From: Stegostoma tigrinum
Taxonomy: Eukaryota
DNA length: 64,000 nucleotides
Reading direction: 5' to 3'
NCBI RefSeq assembly: GCF_030684315.1
Contig: NC_081362.1
Span: 13,510,589-13,574,588, forward strand
Under the pieces are notes generated by a model. It searched no databases. It was not told the DNA's origin and saw nothing but the letters and a program-made list of their open reading frames with translations. Position numbers and translations under genes: made by a program. The stretch's first letter is position 1. Every line of letters begins with the position of its first letter. Below, piece by piece: positions 63,330 through 64,000 of the stretch.

Positions 63330-63870
63330 TCATAGAGATGTACAGCACAGTTACAGATCCTTCGGTCTAATGTGTCCATGCTGACCAGATATCCTCAATT
63401 AATTTAGTCCCATTTGCCAACATTTGGACCATAATCCTCTCTACCCTTCATATACATGTACCCATCCAGATGCCTTTTAAATGTTGTAATTGTACCAGCC
63501 TCCACCACTTGCTCTGGCAGCTCATTCGGTACACACACCACCCTCTGTGTGAAAAAGTTGCCCCTTTGGTCTGTTTTAAATCTTTCCTCTATTACCTAGT
63601 TTTGGTCTCCCCTACTCTGTAGAAAGGACCTTTACTATTCACCCTATCCATGTTCCTCATGATTTTATAAACTTCTGTAAGGTCACCCCTCAGCCTCTGA
63701 TGATCCAGGGAAAATAGACCAAGCCTAGTCAGCCTCTCCCTATAGCTCAAACCCTCCAACTTTGGCAAATCCTTGCAAATCTTTTCTGGACCCTTTCAAG
63801 ATTAGCAATGTATTTCCTACAGCATGTAGGGCAGTGTTCCAAAAGTGGCCTAACCAATGTGCTGCTGCCA
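63330..63870 (-). mobile_element. CR1 LINE 3' fragment
   Basis: gtcatagagatgtacagcac..caccaccctctgtgtgaaaaagttgcccct..ggcaaatccttgcaaatcttttctg. Confidence 0.85.
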
Positions 63871-64000
63871 TCCTTAATAGAACAGTGAGCGGGGTCTCTA
63901 GCCGCTCTTGGGAAAATTGTATTGAGTGGCTGTTTTCCACAAAGTTGCTTTCTGGCTTCTGGCCCCTATTTGAATTTGACGGCAGTGTTTTGAAAACTCT

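Overview
Eukaryotic, AT-rich vertebrate genomic DNA; the SINE, LINE and Penelope content points to a cartilaginous fish, probably a shark (inference). The only host protein-coding gene I can support is the 5' end of KIZ (kizuna centrosomal protein) on the minus strand: coding exons 1-3 at 23649-23713, 10126-10188 and 8601-8757, an uncertain exon 4 near 8044, and the rest off the left edge. Its CpG-island promoter carries a near-perfect RFX X-box. Upstream lie about 40 kb with no recognisable gene, including a repeat-poor, CpG-retaining block (about 25.5-36.4 kb) that looks regulatory. The rest is mobile DNA: CR1, Rex1/Babar and RTE LINE fragments, HE1/V-SINE-like and DeuSINE-like SINEs, a decayed Gmr1-type LTR element (integrase before RT) with a nested CR1, and over a dozen short Penelope-derived inserts that carry, and tend to end at, a minimal hammerhead ribozyme motif. 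I cannot demonstrate a wholly new biological system. The best leads are the hammerhead-terminated mini-inserts, the Gmr1 deletion derivative, two unexplained short duplications and the putative regulatory/lncRNA block. Family names and human comparisons are from recall, not database searches, and repeat boundaries are approximate unless a target-site duplication (TSD) is given.
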